Source: an uncultured Erysipelotrichaceae bacterium (GTDB lineage: Bacteria; Bacillota_I; Bacilli_A; RF39; UBA660). From it: a stretch of 59,850 bases of DNA. The notes below the pieces were generated by a model, which saw only the letters and a program-made list of their open reading frames with translations, was not told the origin of the DNA and did not search any database. Made by a program: the position numbers and the translations under genes. This document shows positions 25,375 through 33,872 of the stretch, piece by piece. The stretch is from positions 1 to 59,850 of the forward strand of contig CACYRE010000004.1 of assembly GCA_902776735.1 (NCBI GenBank). The letters are read 5' to 3'. Each line of letters begins with the position of its first letter. Within the stretch, counting starts at the first letter, position 1.

Positions 25375-26910
25375 ATGAAAAAATATACAATTGATAACTA
25401 TATAATTGATATTGATAAATATGGTTTGAAAAAAACATGGCATACAATACTATCAAAAACATTAAATAACACATTTAATTCTGATATTTTCAATATTAGT
25501 AATTATGGTGAATTATATGAAATAGGTTTAGAACATGTAAATAAGATTAGCAAAAAAGAAATGGGTAAGTATTACACTCCGAGAGATGTTTCAAATGTAA
25601 TGTCTAATTGGTTAGCACCATTAAAAGGGGATAATGTTTGTGATGTAGGATGTGGAGCTGGAAATTTAATACTATCTTATCTTGATAACTTAAATAAAAG
25701 TGATGCAATTAGATTAATAAGTAATGGAAATATATATTTGTACGATCTTGATGATATTGCACTAGAAATATGCAAATATTCAATTGCTATAAAATATGGT
25801 AAAGAGTACTTAAGAAAAATACATGCTAAACATTGTGATTTTTTAGATAAAGATATTAAATTACCTAAGAATGCAAAAGTAATATCTAATCCACCATATT
25901 ATAAAATAATAGAGGATGGAAAGAATTGGAAAATTACTAATGTAATATCCGATTCTAGAGAATTATATTCTGCATTTATTGAGAAGATTATAACTCAAAG
26001 TGATTCATCTGTTATTATTACTCCGTACAGTTTTATTGGTAGTGGTAAATTTTATTCGTTAAGAAAAGTAATGAATAAGTATAATGGTTTTGTTGTTTCA
26101 TTTGATAATGTTCCTGGAAATATATTTAATGGAAGAAAACATGGAATTTTTAATTCTAATAAAGGTAATTCAGTTCGTGCAGCAATTACAGTTGTTGAAA
26201 ACAGAGACAATGTTAAAGGATTTAGATTCAGCCCATTAATCAGATTTAAAACTGAGGAAAGAAATAAAATGTTAGATAATAATGTTTTATATTCTTTAAT
26301 AAATGATAGATATCAAATAGTTGATTCTAGACACAAAGCATATTATAAATGTCATTCAGATCTATTAAGTATCCTTGACGCTTGGGAGCAAAAATCTGAT
26401 AAAAAAATGAGTAATTTAATTGAACAAAATGACGGAAATGAAATATATTTACCAACAACATGCAGATATTTTACTGTAGGATCTAAGAGAAATTTATTAA
26501 GAGATGGTAAAAGAGTAATTAAAGTTAAAAATAAAAATACATACAATTATGTCTATTGTATGATGAATTCTACTTTTGCATATTGGTATTGGCGATTGTA
26601 TGATGGTGGAATAAATTGTCCATTAACTATTATTAATACTATTCCTGTATTTTTAGATCTATTTAATGAAAAACAATTAAATAAAATGAATTCTTTAGCA
26701 GAAGAAATGCAAAGTAAAGAAAAAGAGTATTTGGTTTATAAAGTAAATGCTGGTAAAAAACAAGAGAACATTAAATTTCCTAAAAAGTATAGAAATGAAA
26801 TTAATAAGCTATTCTTTGATGTATTGGAAATTGATAAAAACATTAGTGTGTTGAATAAAATACATAGTAGTTCTTTATTTGAAGAAAGTGAGAGTGAAGA
26901 GAATGAATAA
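25375..26910 (+). CDS. Gamma-class N6-adenine DNA methyltransferase with its own target-recognition region
   Basis: Motifs YYTPRDV, VCDVGCGAGNL (motif I) and VISNPPYY (motif IV). Confidence 0.85.
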   Translation: MKKYTIDNYIIDIDKYGLKKTWHTILSKTLNNTFNSDIFNISNYGELYEIGLEHVNKISKKEMGKYYTPRDVSNVMSNWLAPLKGDNVCDVGCGAGNLILSYLDNLNKSDAIRLISNGNIYLYDLDDIALEICKYSIAIKYGKEYLRKIHAKHCDFLDKDIKLPKNAKVISNPPYYKIIEDGKNWKITNVISDSRELYSAFIEKIITQSDSSVIITPYSFIGSGKFYSLRKVMNKYNGFVVSFDNVPGNIFNGRKHGIFNSNKGNSVRAAITVVENRDNVKGFRFSPLIRFKTEERNKMLDNNVLYSLINDRYQIVDSRHKAYYKCHSDLLSILDAWEQKSDKKMSNLIEQNDGNEIYLPTTCRYFTVGSKRNLLRDGKRVIKVKNKNTYNYVYCMMNSTFAYWYWRLYDGGINCPLTIINTIPVFLDLFNEKQLNKMNSLAEEMQSKEKEYLVYKVNAGKKQENIKFPKKYRNEINKLFFDVLEIDKNISVLNKIHSSSLFEESESEENE

Positions 26911-28090
26911 AAAAGAAGCAATTAGTGAATTAATTAATACTATTTATAATAATAATTCTGATCTAATACTTTCAGAAAGTGATATAAAAAGATTAAATAA
27001 CTTTTTCAAAGAAGTTGATCAATTCAGTAAACAATTTGATGCATTTTTAGAGGAAAATTCTGAAAAAACAAAAGGAATTTCTAAATTAAAAAGTGGCAAA
27101 TATGAAATGGAAAAACAGTATAATCAAAATAGAGCATTACAACCAGGTATTTTATCTGAATGTAATTATGTTGAAACTTTAGCTAAAATATTTAATTTGA
27201 ATAAATGTTTAGATTTTGATAGGACTCCAATGAATCAAGTTCCAATTGAATGTAGAAATTATCTTAACTCTGGATATCAGACATTTTCAGCAGCAAGATA
27301 TTTGTACTATAGTACAAAAAATCCCGATATATTTATATTTCAATATGGTAATCCTGCAAACGGTGATGCTGAAATAATCATCAATGGGAATAAGGTTAGA
27401 CTAGAATTCAAAGAAAGAAATGCCAAAGCAGGGGAATATGATATTACAGGATTGTATGATGATGAAGGTAAGCTGTTGATTTCTGATGATTTTAGAAAAA
27501 ACACTCCAGAATATATTCCTTTTATTGAGAAATTTAATAACGAAACAAATGTAATAGAACAAATTGGTCATAATTATAATGACTTTGATGATGAAACAAA
27601 AGTTTTGTCTGTTATGGAATATTTTGCAAGACATGACATTGATGCTATTGTTTCATCAACTTCAAATAATGAATTAGTTGTACTAACACCTGAATGTGTA
27701 AAAATAGAATTACCAGATGGTAGAAGGATAATTACGACAGAGAATAGTGAAATAAGAACATCAGGAAGAAATCACAGAAAAATATTTACCAAAAATTTAT
27801 TTATGAATGTCCTAGACCAAATGAATGCTGTAGAGATAGATAAAGATAAATATGAAGTGTCACTAGACAATGAATTAGTAGAAATAGTAAATGGTCGTGG
27901 CACAAGTACACCTAGTAGAATTAAATTCAATAAAGTGTTTTTTGTGGATATTAATGATGCTATCATTGAAAATGATAAAGTTGTATTTAATATTAACGAT
28001 GTTGAGCAATTAAAACCATCAATCTCTATGCATATAAAAATTAATGCAACAAAGGATGAATTAAAGGATTATTTTGAAAAGAAAGATTAG
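26903..28090 (+). CDS. Putative cognate restriction endonuclease (PD-ExK-like)
   Basis: ATG 26903 overlaps the methyltransferase stop by 8 nt. NGDAEIIINGNKVRLEFKERNAK fits D-x13-ExK. There is no other recognisable motif. Confidence 0.45.
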   Translation: MNKKEAISELINTIYNNNSDLILSESDIKRLNNFFKEVDQFSKQFDAFLEENSEKTKGISKLKSGKYEMEKQYNQNRALQPGILSECNYVETLAKIFNLNKCLDFDRTPMNQVPIECRNYLNSGYQTFSAARYLYYSTKNPDIFIFQYGNPANGDAEIIINGNKVRLEFKERNAKAGEYDITGLYDDEGKLLISDDFRKNTPEYIPFIEKFNNETNVIEQIGHNYNDFDDETKVLSVMEYFARHDIDAIVSSTSNNELVVLTPECVKIELPDGRRIITTENSEIRTSGRNHRKIFTKNLFMNVLDQMNAVEIDKDKYEVSLDNELVEIVNGRGTSTPSRIKFNKVFFVDINDAIIENDKVVFNINDVEQLKPSISMHIKINATKDELKDYFEKKD

Positions 28091-28107
28091 AGATGTAGGT
28101 GCTATTT

Positions 28108-28740
28108 ATGAATAATGAATACGGGTATATATATGTTTATAAGTGTATGGTAGGATCTGGTTCTGATGTTTGTAAAATTGGAATTACAAAAAATTATCAA
28201 GAAAGATTAAAAGACCATGTAAGAAGACCATATCATGGTTTTGTACCTTATGCTGAATTTACAACTGGAAAGGCAATTGCAACAGTATTTAAAATAAGCA
28301 ATTTTTCTTTTGCTGATAAGTACATTAAAGAATTGTTCAGTAACTATCAATTTGGGAATTATGAAATATATAATGTTGATTATGATGAAACAATAAAAAA
28401 ACTATATTTTGGTTTAAAAGATAGAAATGCCTTTGTTGAATTAATTGAAGACGGATATAGTTTATATGATTTTGCAGTTGATGAATCAAGGCAAGAATCA
28501 GATACTACAACAAAAAAAGATTTTGAATTAATAAAAGAACAAATCATTGATAGGTATAATGACAACTTACCAGAAGAATTACTATTGATGCTAAGAGATA
28601 AGAATGATTTTAAAGAAAACTGTAAATCACATTATAATACTGGTAATTATATTTGCTTCAGTACCAATATGATTTTGGATTTAAATTACAACAAAGAAAA
28701 GAGAATTGAAATTTTAAAAAAGCTTAAAAAATTTGTTTAA
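28108..28740 (+). CDS. T5orf172 / GIY-YIG-like domain protein
   Basis: YGYIYVYKCMVGSGSDVCKIGITKNYQERLKDH matches the T5orf172 (PF10544-type) N-terminal pattern. Confidence 0.6.
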   Translation: MNNEYGYIYVYKCMVGSGSDVCKIGITKNYQERLKDHVRRPYHGFVPYAEFTTGKAIATVFKISNFSFADKYIKELFSNYQFGNYEIYNVDYDETIKKLYFGLKDRNAFVELIEDGYSLYDFAVDESRQESDTTTKKDFELIKEQIIDRYNDNLPEELLLMLRDKNDFKENCKSHYNTGNYICFSTNMILDLNYNKEKRIEILKKLKKFV

Positions 28741-28745
28741 AAATA

Positions 28746-28779
28746 ACCAGACGTGAAAAAATATCTGGTTTTATTTTTC
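28746..28779 (+). terminator. Terminator separating the RM/T5orf172 unit from the downstream block
   Basis: ACCAGA-N12-TCTGGT followed by TTTATTTTT. Confidence 0.5.
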
Positions 28780-28866
28780 AATATTAATATATATATGAAT
28801 CATAAAAAAAGACTATCAATTTATAAATATAGTAATCATGGTATAATGGTATTGAATGGAGGATCT

Positions 28867-30078
28867 ATGAACAGTAAGAAAATTATAAAGATAAGTATAG
28901 ATAGAAATAAATTTATTAATGTAGATGGTTCACTAGATTTAACTAGTAGAGTTCTTGAAATCTATATTGCTTTTAATAAATTTGAAGAAGCCTTTAATTT
29001 CCCCACTAGAGAATTATTTTTACATCCTGAAAAAATCAATGAGAATAAAGTAATATATGTTGTTGATGAAAATGGAACATATTATAGTTGTTTTAATTGC
29101 ATATTTGGTTTTAAATATAATGATCCATTACAAATATATTCATCCCCAATTGATTTCATTATAGAAAATGCAATAAGTGATACTAATAACATAAATGTAG
29201 ATAAGATTATCTTTAAGACATCATTACCAAGAAAATATTCTTTATATATTTTAAATATGCATATCAAATACACAAGAACAAAAGATATTTTTATAAATAA
29301 ATCCTTTGACAATGATAAAATGATTATTGAATATTCTATAACAAGTAATAAAAAAACAGAATATAAGAAATTATCTGAGATTATGTATTCTTTGCTTGAA
29401 TTGTCTTTTTTATGTCTAGGTGATATACCTAAAATTGAAAAAGTAAGTGTATATGGTGAAAATGCAATGAATTACTATTTTGCATGTGCACCAAAATATA
29501 TTCAAAGAGCTAATATATATAGTTCTAGCACAAATGGCGTTTTAGCATGTATAGAGCCAGGAACTATTTCTAGCAATTTAGTAAAAGATTTTATTAAATT
29601 TAGAAAAAATACTAAAATATTATTTGATTTGTTAATGATTCACATGAATGGCGATGGTTACTTAGAAATGACCAATTCAATGTTAGTTCAATTGTTAGAA
29701 GGTTTCTATAAAACAAATAATCCTGGTACAAATAAAGAACTACGTGAAATATTAGATTTTTATTATATTCAAAATCCTGTAATAAAAACATTATTGGTTA
29801 GAAGAGATTTAAAAAAAGCAGGAGATGTTCATAATACACCGATCTTTTTACTAAAAGCAAAAGAACATAGACATTATCTATCTCATTTAAATATGAATGA
29901 ATCAAAAAAAGTGTTCTTCCAATTAGAAAATAATTATGCATATTGGAAATTATGCCATGGGTTAAGGATATATATTATGCAAATTATTTCGTTGCCTATT
30001 AATATTGAGGAATATGATAAATTTAAAAATTCAGTTGAAAAATGGGCAAAAAGTCATAGATTAAGATATAAAAAATAA
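28867..30078 (+). CDS. Unknown 403-aa protein (gene A), weakly ApeA/HEPN-like
   Basis: GGAGG RBS lies before ATG 28867, and an extended -10 TGGTATAAT lies at 28840-28848. The C-terminal helical part contains KEHRHYLSH (Rx4H). The N-terminal part is beta-rich. Confidence 0.6.
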   Translation: MNSKKIIKISIDRNKFINVDGSLDLTSRVLEIYIAFNKFEEAFNFPTRELFLHPEKINENKVIYVVDENGTYYSCFNCIFGFKYNDPLQIYSSPIDFIIENAISDTNNINVDKIIFKTSLPRKYSLYILNMHIKYTRTKDIFINKSFDNDKMIIEYSITSNKKTEYKKLSEIMYSLLELSFLCLGDIPKIEKVSVYGENAMNYYFACAPKYIQRANIYSSSTNGVLACIEPGTISSNLVKDFIKFRKNTKILFDLLMIHMNGDGYLEMTNSMLVQLLEGFYKTNNPGTNKELREILDFYYIQNPVIKTLLVRRDLKKAGDVHNTPIFLLKAKEHRHYLSHLNMNESKKVFFQLENNYAYWKLCHGLRIYIMQIISLPINIEEYDKFKNSVEKWAKSHRLRYKK

Positions 30079-30124
30079 TTGTTTGGAAAAAGTTAATGCA
30101 AATGTGATATAATATTCATAGTTG

Positions 30125-30155
30125 AGATATCATTAATATGATATCTTTTTCTTTT
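30125..30155 (+). terminator. Terminator/attenuator-like hairpin between gene A and gene B
   Basis: AGATATCAT-TAAT-ATGATATCT followed by TTTTTCTTTT. It lies downstream of an extended -10 (TGATATAAT, 30105-30113) and 18 nt upstream of ATG 30173. Confidence 0.5.
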
Positions 30156-30172
30156 CATTAAAGGAGGTTATT

Positions 30173-31414
30173 ATGTATAAGATAGATTTAAATCCTGATG
30201 TAGCAACTTACTTTAGAAATACCATAAATGAATATATTAATTTATCTATGAAACATGAATATAAGCACAGAAATAAGAAATTGGAAAATTCTTGGAATTC
30301 TATATGTTCCATTATGGATAGAATTGATGATTTGGTATATTATTTAAATCAAAAGGAATTAAATAACGGATTATGGAAAAATTGTGCTTTTGATTTTTTC
30401 GAATTTATTGAGCAAGCTGGAGTATTAGTTAGCTGTATTGATGATGCATTTGCAATATATAATGTTCAATTTCCACATCATAATGTTATTTTTAAATCAA
30501 AGAAGCTAAACCCTAATGTTACAATTACAAAGAACACATGTGAGCTTGATGATTCTTACTTTATGTATATAAGATCTCTAAGTTCGGTTCATCCAAGTGA
30601 TACATCACATCATAAGGAGTTTCAAGAAGCGGATTTTGAAGTGAGCCCATATGTTGTCTGGAATAAAGGAGTTTTAACTTTAAATAATCCAAATGCTGAT
30701 TTAGTTCTTGTATCATATAATAATGAAACTTCTGATTTTTTAACAAACAAAGGTGTCATTATTGATGAAATATTTAATTACATTAAATACAAATATTATT
30801 CTTTGAATTATTTATCTAAAAAAATAGCAATTCACTATAAACAAATAATTGCCAATTTTAGATTATCAAAAATAAAAAAGTCACCAGAATTTGGTGATTA
30901 TGTTAAATATTTAAATAATTTAAAGGAAGAAGCATTGAAAAGAAATCCCGATATGGAATGTGAAATTCAAGAATTCATAGATATTTTTAATTTAAAAATA
31001 ACAAACAAAAATAATGAAATAAAGTTTGAGAAATATAAGAATGCATTAAAGTATGCAATACAGTCATTTCATAGGCAACTTCAAAACATGGATTTTAACT
31101 GTAGATCACCCTTTGATAGATTAATTGGAGAATTATTGTTAGGAGAAATCTATTTTAAAGATGATAACTATCATTATCCTTTAAGTAAAATATTATACTT
31201 GAAAGATGCAACAGGTGATAAAAATTTTGGATTAAGTATGTATAAATGTTTGTTAGGTGTATTTGAAAAATATGTCGATGTATCAGAAGAGGATTTATAT
31301 CAACTAGATTACTACGAATTATATGTTTTATCGCAAATAGCATTATATTTTCATGCATTAGATTATGATAATGACATTAGTAGGTATATTCCAAGCCAAG
31401 ATATGTATAGATAG
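30173..31414 (+). CDS. Unknown 413-aa protein (gene B)
   Basis: AAGGAGG RBS. The only motif noticed is YIRSLSSVHPSD (Rx5H). Confidence 0.6.
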   Translation: MYKIDLNPDVATYFRNTINEYINLSMKHEYKHRNKKLENSWNSICSIMDRIDDLVYYLNQKELNNGLWKNCAFDFFEFIEQAGVLVSCIDDAFAIYNVQFPHHNVIFKSKKLNPNVTITKNTCELDDSYFMYIRSLSSVHPSDTSHHKEFQEADFEVSPYVVWNKGVLTLNNPNADLVLVSYNNETSDFLTNKGVIIDEIFNYIKYKYYSLNYLSKKIAIHYKQIIANFRLSKIKKSPEFGDYVKYLNNLKEEALKRNPDMECEIQEFIDIFNLKITNKNNEIKFEKYKNALKYAIQSFHRQLQNMDFNCRSPFDRLIGELLLGEIYFKDDNYHYPLSKILYLKDATGDKNFGLSMYKCLLGVFEKYVDVSEEDLYQLDYYELYVLSQIALYFHALDYDNDISRYIPSQDMYR

Positions 31415-31424
31415 GGGGGATATA

Positions 31425-32279
31425 GTGAATACAAGTAATTATGTAAAGAAAATTAATGATTATAAAAAATGCATGAAAGTATTAGAATGTGCACATAGAA
31501 TTTATATAGATGAAATTGATAATTTTGAATTCAAAAAAATAAGTAAATATAATAAGTCAAGAAATATGTATAATAAAATATCAACTGATTTTAAGGTGGT
31601 AAACTATTTAATTGAAAAAGAAGATTTATTTAATGCTGCCACAGTACTTAGAACTTTATATGAGAATATAATATACATAATTGCAACCTCATATGATAAA
31701 AAAATGATTGTAACATTGGATACTACGCCTAAAGAATTGAGAAAAATTTTAGAAGATAATTGTAATGTTATATTTACTGATTATTTTGAAAAAGAAGACT
31801 TTAATAGTATATATAAATACTTGTGTAAAATAGTACATCCAAGTAGTATGAAGGAACTTGTTTCATACCTAGTTAATACAATTAAGTATAAATCATATAT
31901 GATTAATAATTTAAAGTATATGATGATTGTTGTTGAATACATGTATTTAAATTATCTCAACAAAAAAATTAAAAATGAAGATAATAAGTTTGATTTAAAT
32001 TTTGTTGATTGTTGTACATATATTAATCTAGTCAATATTAGCTATTATATAATAAGTATTAAAAATAGTACTAATAGTATAAAGAGATTTATGTACTATG
32101 ATACAAAAAATAAATATGTAGAAGAAAACATGAAGATATGTGAACAATTATCTGTTGAACTTAAAAATAATAAAAATAGTATAGAAAAAAATATAAAAGA
32201 GTTAACTAGAGAATTAGATTTGCAAATTAATGAAAGCAAATATAAAGAATTAGTTAGCACTATTTTAAAAAACAAATAG
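31425..32279 (+). CDS. Unknown 284-aa protein (gene C)
   Basis: GTG 31425 lies 5 nt after a GGGGGG RBS and 10 nt after the gene B stop. It is helical, and LRTLYENIIYIIA...LCKIVHPSS vaguely recalls AbiV/DUF5677-type proteins. Confidence 0.5.
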   Translation: MNTSNYVKKINDYKKCMKVLECAHRIYIDEIDNFEFKKISKYNKSRNMYNKISTDFKVVNYLIEKEDLFNAATVLRTLYENIIYIIATSYDKKMIVTLDTTPKELRKILEDNCNVIFTDYFEKEDFNSIYKYLCKIVHPSSMKELVSYLVNTIKYKSYMINNLKYMMIVVEYMYLNYLNKKIKNEDNKFDLNFVDCCTYINLVNISYYIISIKNSTNSIKRFMYYDTKNKYVEENMKICEQLSVELKNNKNSIEKNIKELTRELDLQINESKYKELVSTILKNK

Positions 32280-32287
32280 GAGATTAT

Positions 32288-32776
32288 ATGGATAACTTTG
32301 AACAAGAATATAATAAATTGAATGAGGTTTCTAAAATGGCAGTTAATGCGTATAGAAGTGGTCGGCAGTTTATGATGACTGGAATACACACTTCTGGAGC
32401 TGGCATAGTAGTTAATAGCAGGCTGTATCCAACTATTATTGCCTCAGTTGTTAATGAAGTGTTTGCATGTGAATTGTTTCTTAAATCCATGATAATGATT
32501 AAAACTGGTGAAAAATCAATAAAAAAACATAAATTATTAGAATTATATGATTTGCTTGGCATTGAAACAATCGAAAAAAGCTTATCAAAATATGATTTTA
32601 AAGATGAGCTACAAAAGATAAGCGATTCATTCATTACATGGCGTTATTGTTATGAATATGGCACAATTGTTATTAATAGGGGATTTGTATTTGAATTATG
32701 TAATGTTTTAGAAAATGAAAATAAAAAAATAATTTTTAAAGAATATAATCTTAATATGGATCAATCGTTTATCTAA
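32288..32776 (+). CDS. Unknown 162-aa protein (gene D), HEPN-like helical pattern
   Basis: TAGGAGA RBS; the start is 8 nt after the gene C stop. The pattern is VFACELFLKSMI...KKHKLLELYDLL...WRYCYEYG. Confidence 0.5.
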   Translation: MDNFEQEYNKLNEVSKMAVNAYRSGRQFMMTGIHTSGAGIVVNSRLYPTIIASVVNEVFACELFLKSMIMIKTGEKSIKKHKLLELYDLLGIETIEKSLSKYDFKDELQKISDSFITWRYCYEYGTIVINRGFVFELCNVLENENKKIIFKEYNLNMDQSFI

Positions 32777-32830
32777 TTTATGTAACAAAACAAAAAAACA
32801 AAAATCATATCTAACTTTTAACACATTATA

Positions 32831-32872
32831 AAAATATGTTAAAAAAATATTAAAATTTTAACATATTTTTTA
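32831..32872 (+). terminator. Terminator after the four-gene block
   Basis: AAAATATGTTAAAA-N13-TTTTAACATATTTT, a 14-bp stem plus a T-run. Confidence 0.6.
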
Positions 32873-32895
32873 TTGAAATTTTATAATATTTTGCT

Positions 32896-32918
32896 TTTAC
32901 ATTAACTTTTACATTAAC
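32896..32918 (+). repeat. Island 2 right arm-type repeat (TTTACATTAAC x2)
   Basis: TTTACATTAACTTTTACATTAAC, located 106 nt before att core copy 3. Confidence 0.7.
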
Positions 32919-33024
32919 ACCCATACAAATTTTGATAAACTGTGATAAATTGATAAGACTCACAAAACCTTATTTTATAAGTAATTTAAACTTTTGTATA
33001 AGAGATAACTCGTCTAAAAAATCG

Positions 33025-33036
33025 ACCCCCTGAAGA
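33025..33036 (+). repeat. att core copy 3 (attR of island 2, probably the displaced native sRNA 3' end)
   Basis: ACCCCCTGAAGA is followed by GAGCCCGAAAGTGCTC and a T-run, forming a terminator-like hairpin. Confidence 0.65.
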
Positions 33037-33187
33037 GCCCGAAAGTGCTCATTTTTGTTTACTTTAAAGGATTTGAGGCCTATTAAATTATTTAGGTACT
33101 AAGCTAGGTACGTAAATTTAATAAATTTCCAAAAGTAGGTAAAAATACTTAGTTCTGGAAAAATATTTCCAAAACTTTTTAATTATA

Positions 33188-33216
33188 TTGACAAAATTAC
33201 TGATAAACGATAAAAT
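33188..33216 (+). promoter_or_regulatory. abiE promoter with a flanking inverted repeat
   Basis: TTGACA (33188-33193), 17 nt, then TAAAAT (33211-33216). TTGACAAA (33188-33195) and TTTGTCAA (33226-33233) form an 8-bp inverted repeat bracketing the -10. Confidence 0.5.
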
Positions 33217-33245
33217 ACCAGTAGATTTGTCAAGGAGGAATATTT

Positions 33246-33872
33246 ATGGAAAGGATGACAATAAAAGAATTTAAAGAAGAAAGTAATATAGAAATTATAG
33301 AATCTATTATGAAAATGAATAATGGATATGTTACTTCAAAAGAACTTGATAATTATGGAATTCATAGAATGTATCTTAATACCATGTGGAAAAAGGGTAT
33401 GATAGAAAAAGTTGCAAATGGTATATACATTGATTCAAATAAAATAGAAGATAGTTATTATGTTTTCAGTCTTAGTATGCCTAATACAATATTTTCTCAT
33501 ATGACTGCACTTTATTTTCATGGACTATCTATTAAAGCTCCAAATGATAAATACGATATAACAGTAAGAAAAACATATAATAGTAAACATCTAAAAAATC
33601 ATGAGGTTTTTTATGTATCAGATGATATTTATGACCTTGGCCTTACTGAAGCAGAAACTCCAATGGGAAATAAAGTAAGAGTCTATGATATTGAGAGATG
33701 TATATGTGATATTATAAGATCTAAAAATAGGATGGATCTAGAACACGTTAAATATAGTATTAGAGAATATATAAAAAGAAAGGACAAAGATCTTATAAAA
33801 CTTTCTAAATACGCAGATAAAATGGGGATAAGAAAAGAAGTAATGGATTTTGTGGAGTTATTTTATGAATAG
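33246..33872 (+). CDS. abiEi: Type IV toxin-antitoxin AbiEi-family antitoxin
   Basis: The N-terminal winged-helix region MNNGYVTSKELDNYGIHRMYLNTMWKKGMIEKVANGIY is followed by FSHMTALYFHGLS. Confidence 0.75.
   Translation: MERMTIKEFKEESNIEIIESIMKMNNGYVTSKELDNYGIHRMYLNTMWKKGMIEKVANGIYIDSNKIEDSYYVFSLSMPNTIFSHMTALYFHGLSIKAPNDKYDITVRKTYNSKHLKNHEVFYVSDDIYDLGLTEAETPMGNKVRVYDIERCICDIIRSKNRMDLEHVKYSIREYIKRKDKDLIKLSKYADKMGIRKEVMDFVELFYE

Larger units (their letters stand above)
20785..33036. mobile_element. Integrative island 2 (tyrosine integrase; cargo is RM, T5orf172 and a four-gene unknown block)
   Basis: It is bounded by att core copies 2 and 3, with int adjacent to the left core. Element-specific repeats TTTACATTAAC x2 lie near both ends. 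Confidence 0.65.

Noticed and set aside
14872-33036. Interpreting the two islands as prophages or as ICEs.
   Set aside because: No capsid, terminase, tail or lysis genes are present, and no relaxase, coupling protein or type IV secretion genes. Each backbone has only four or five small genes, so the islands are called integrative (possibly mobilisable or satellite-like).
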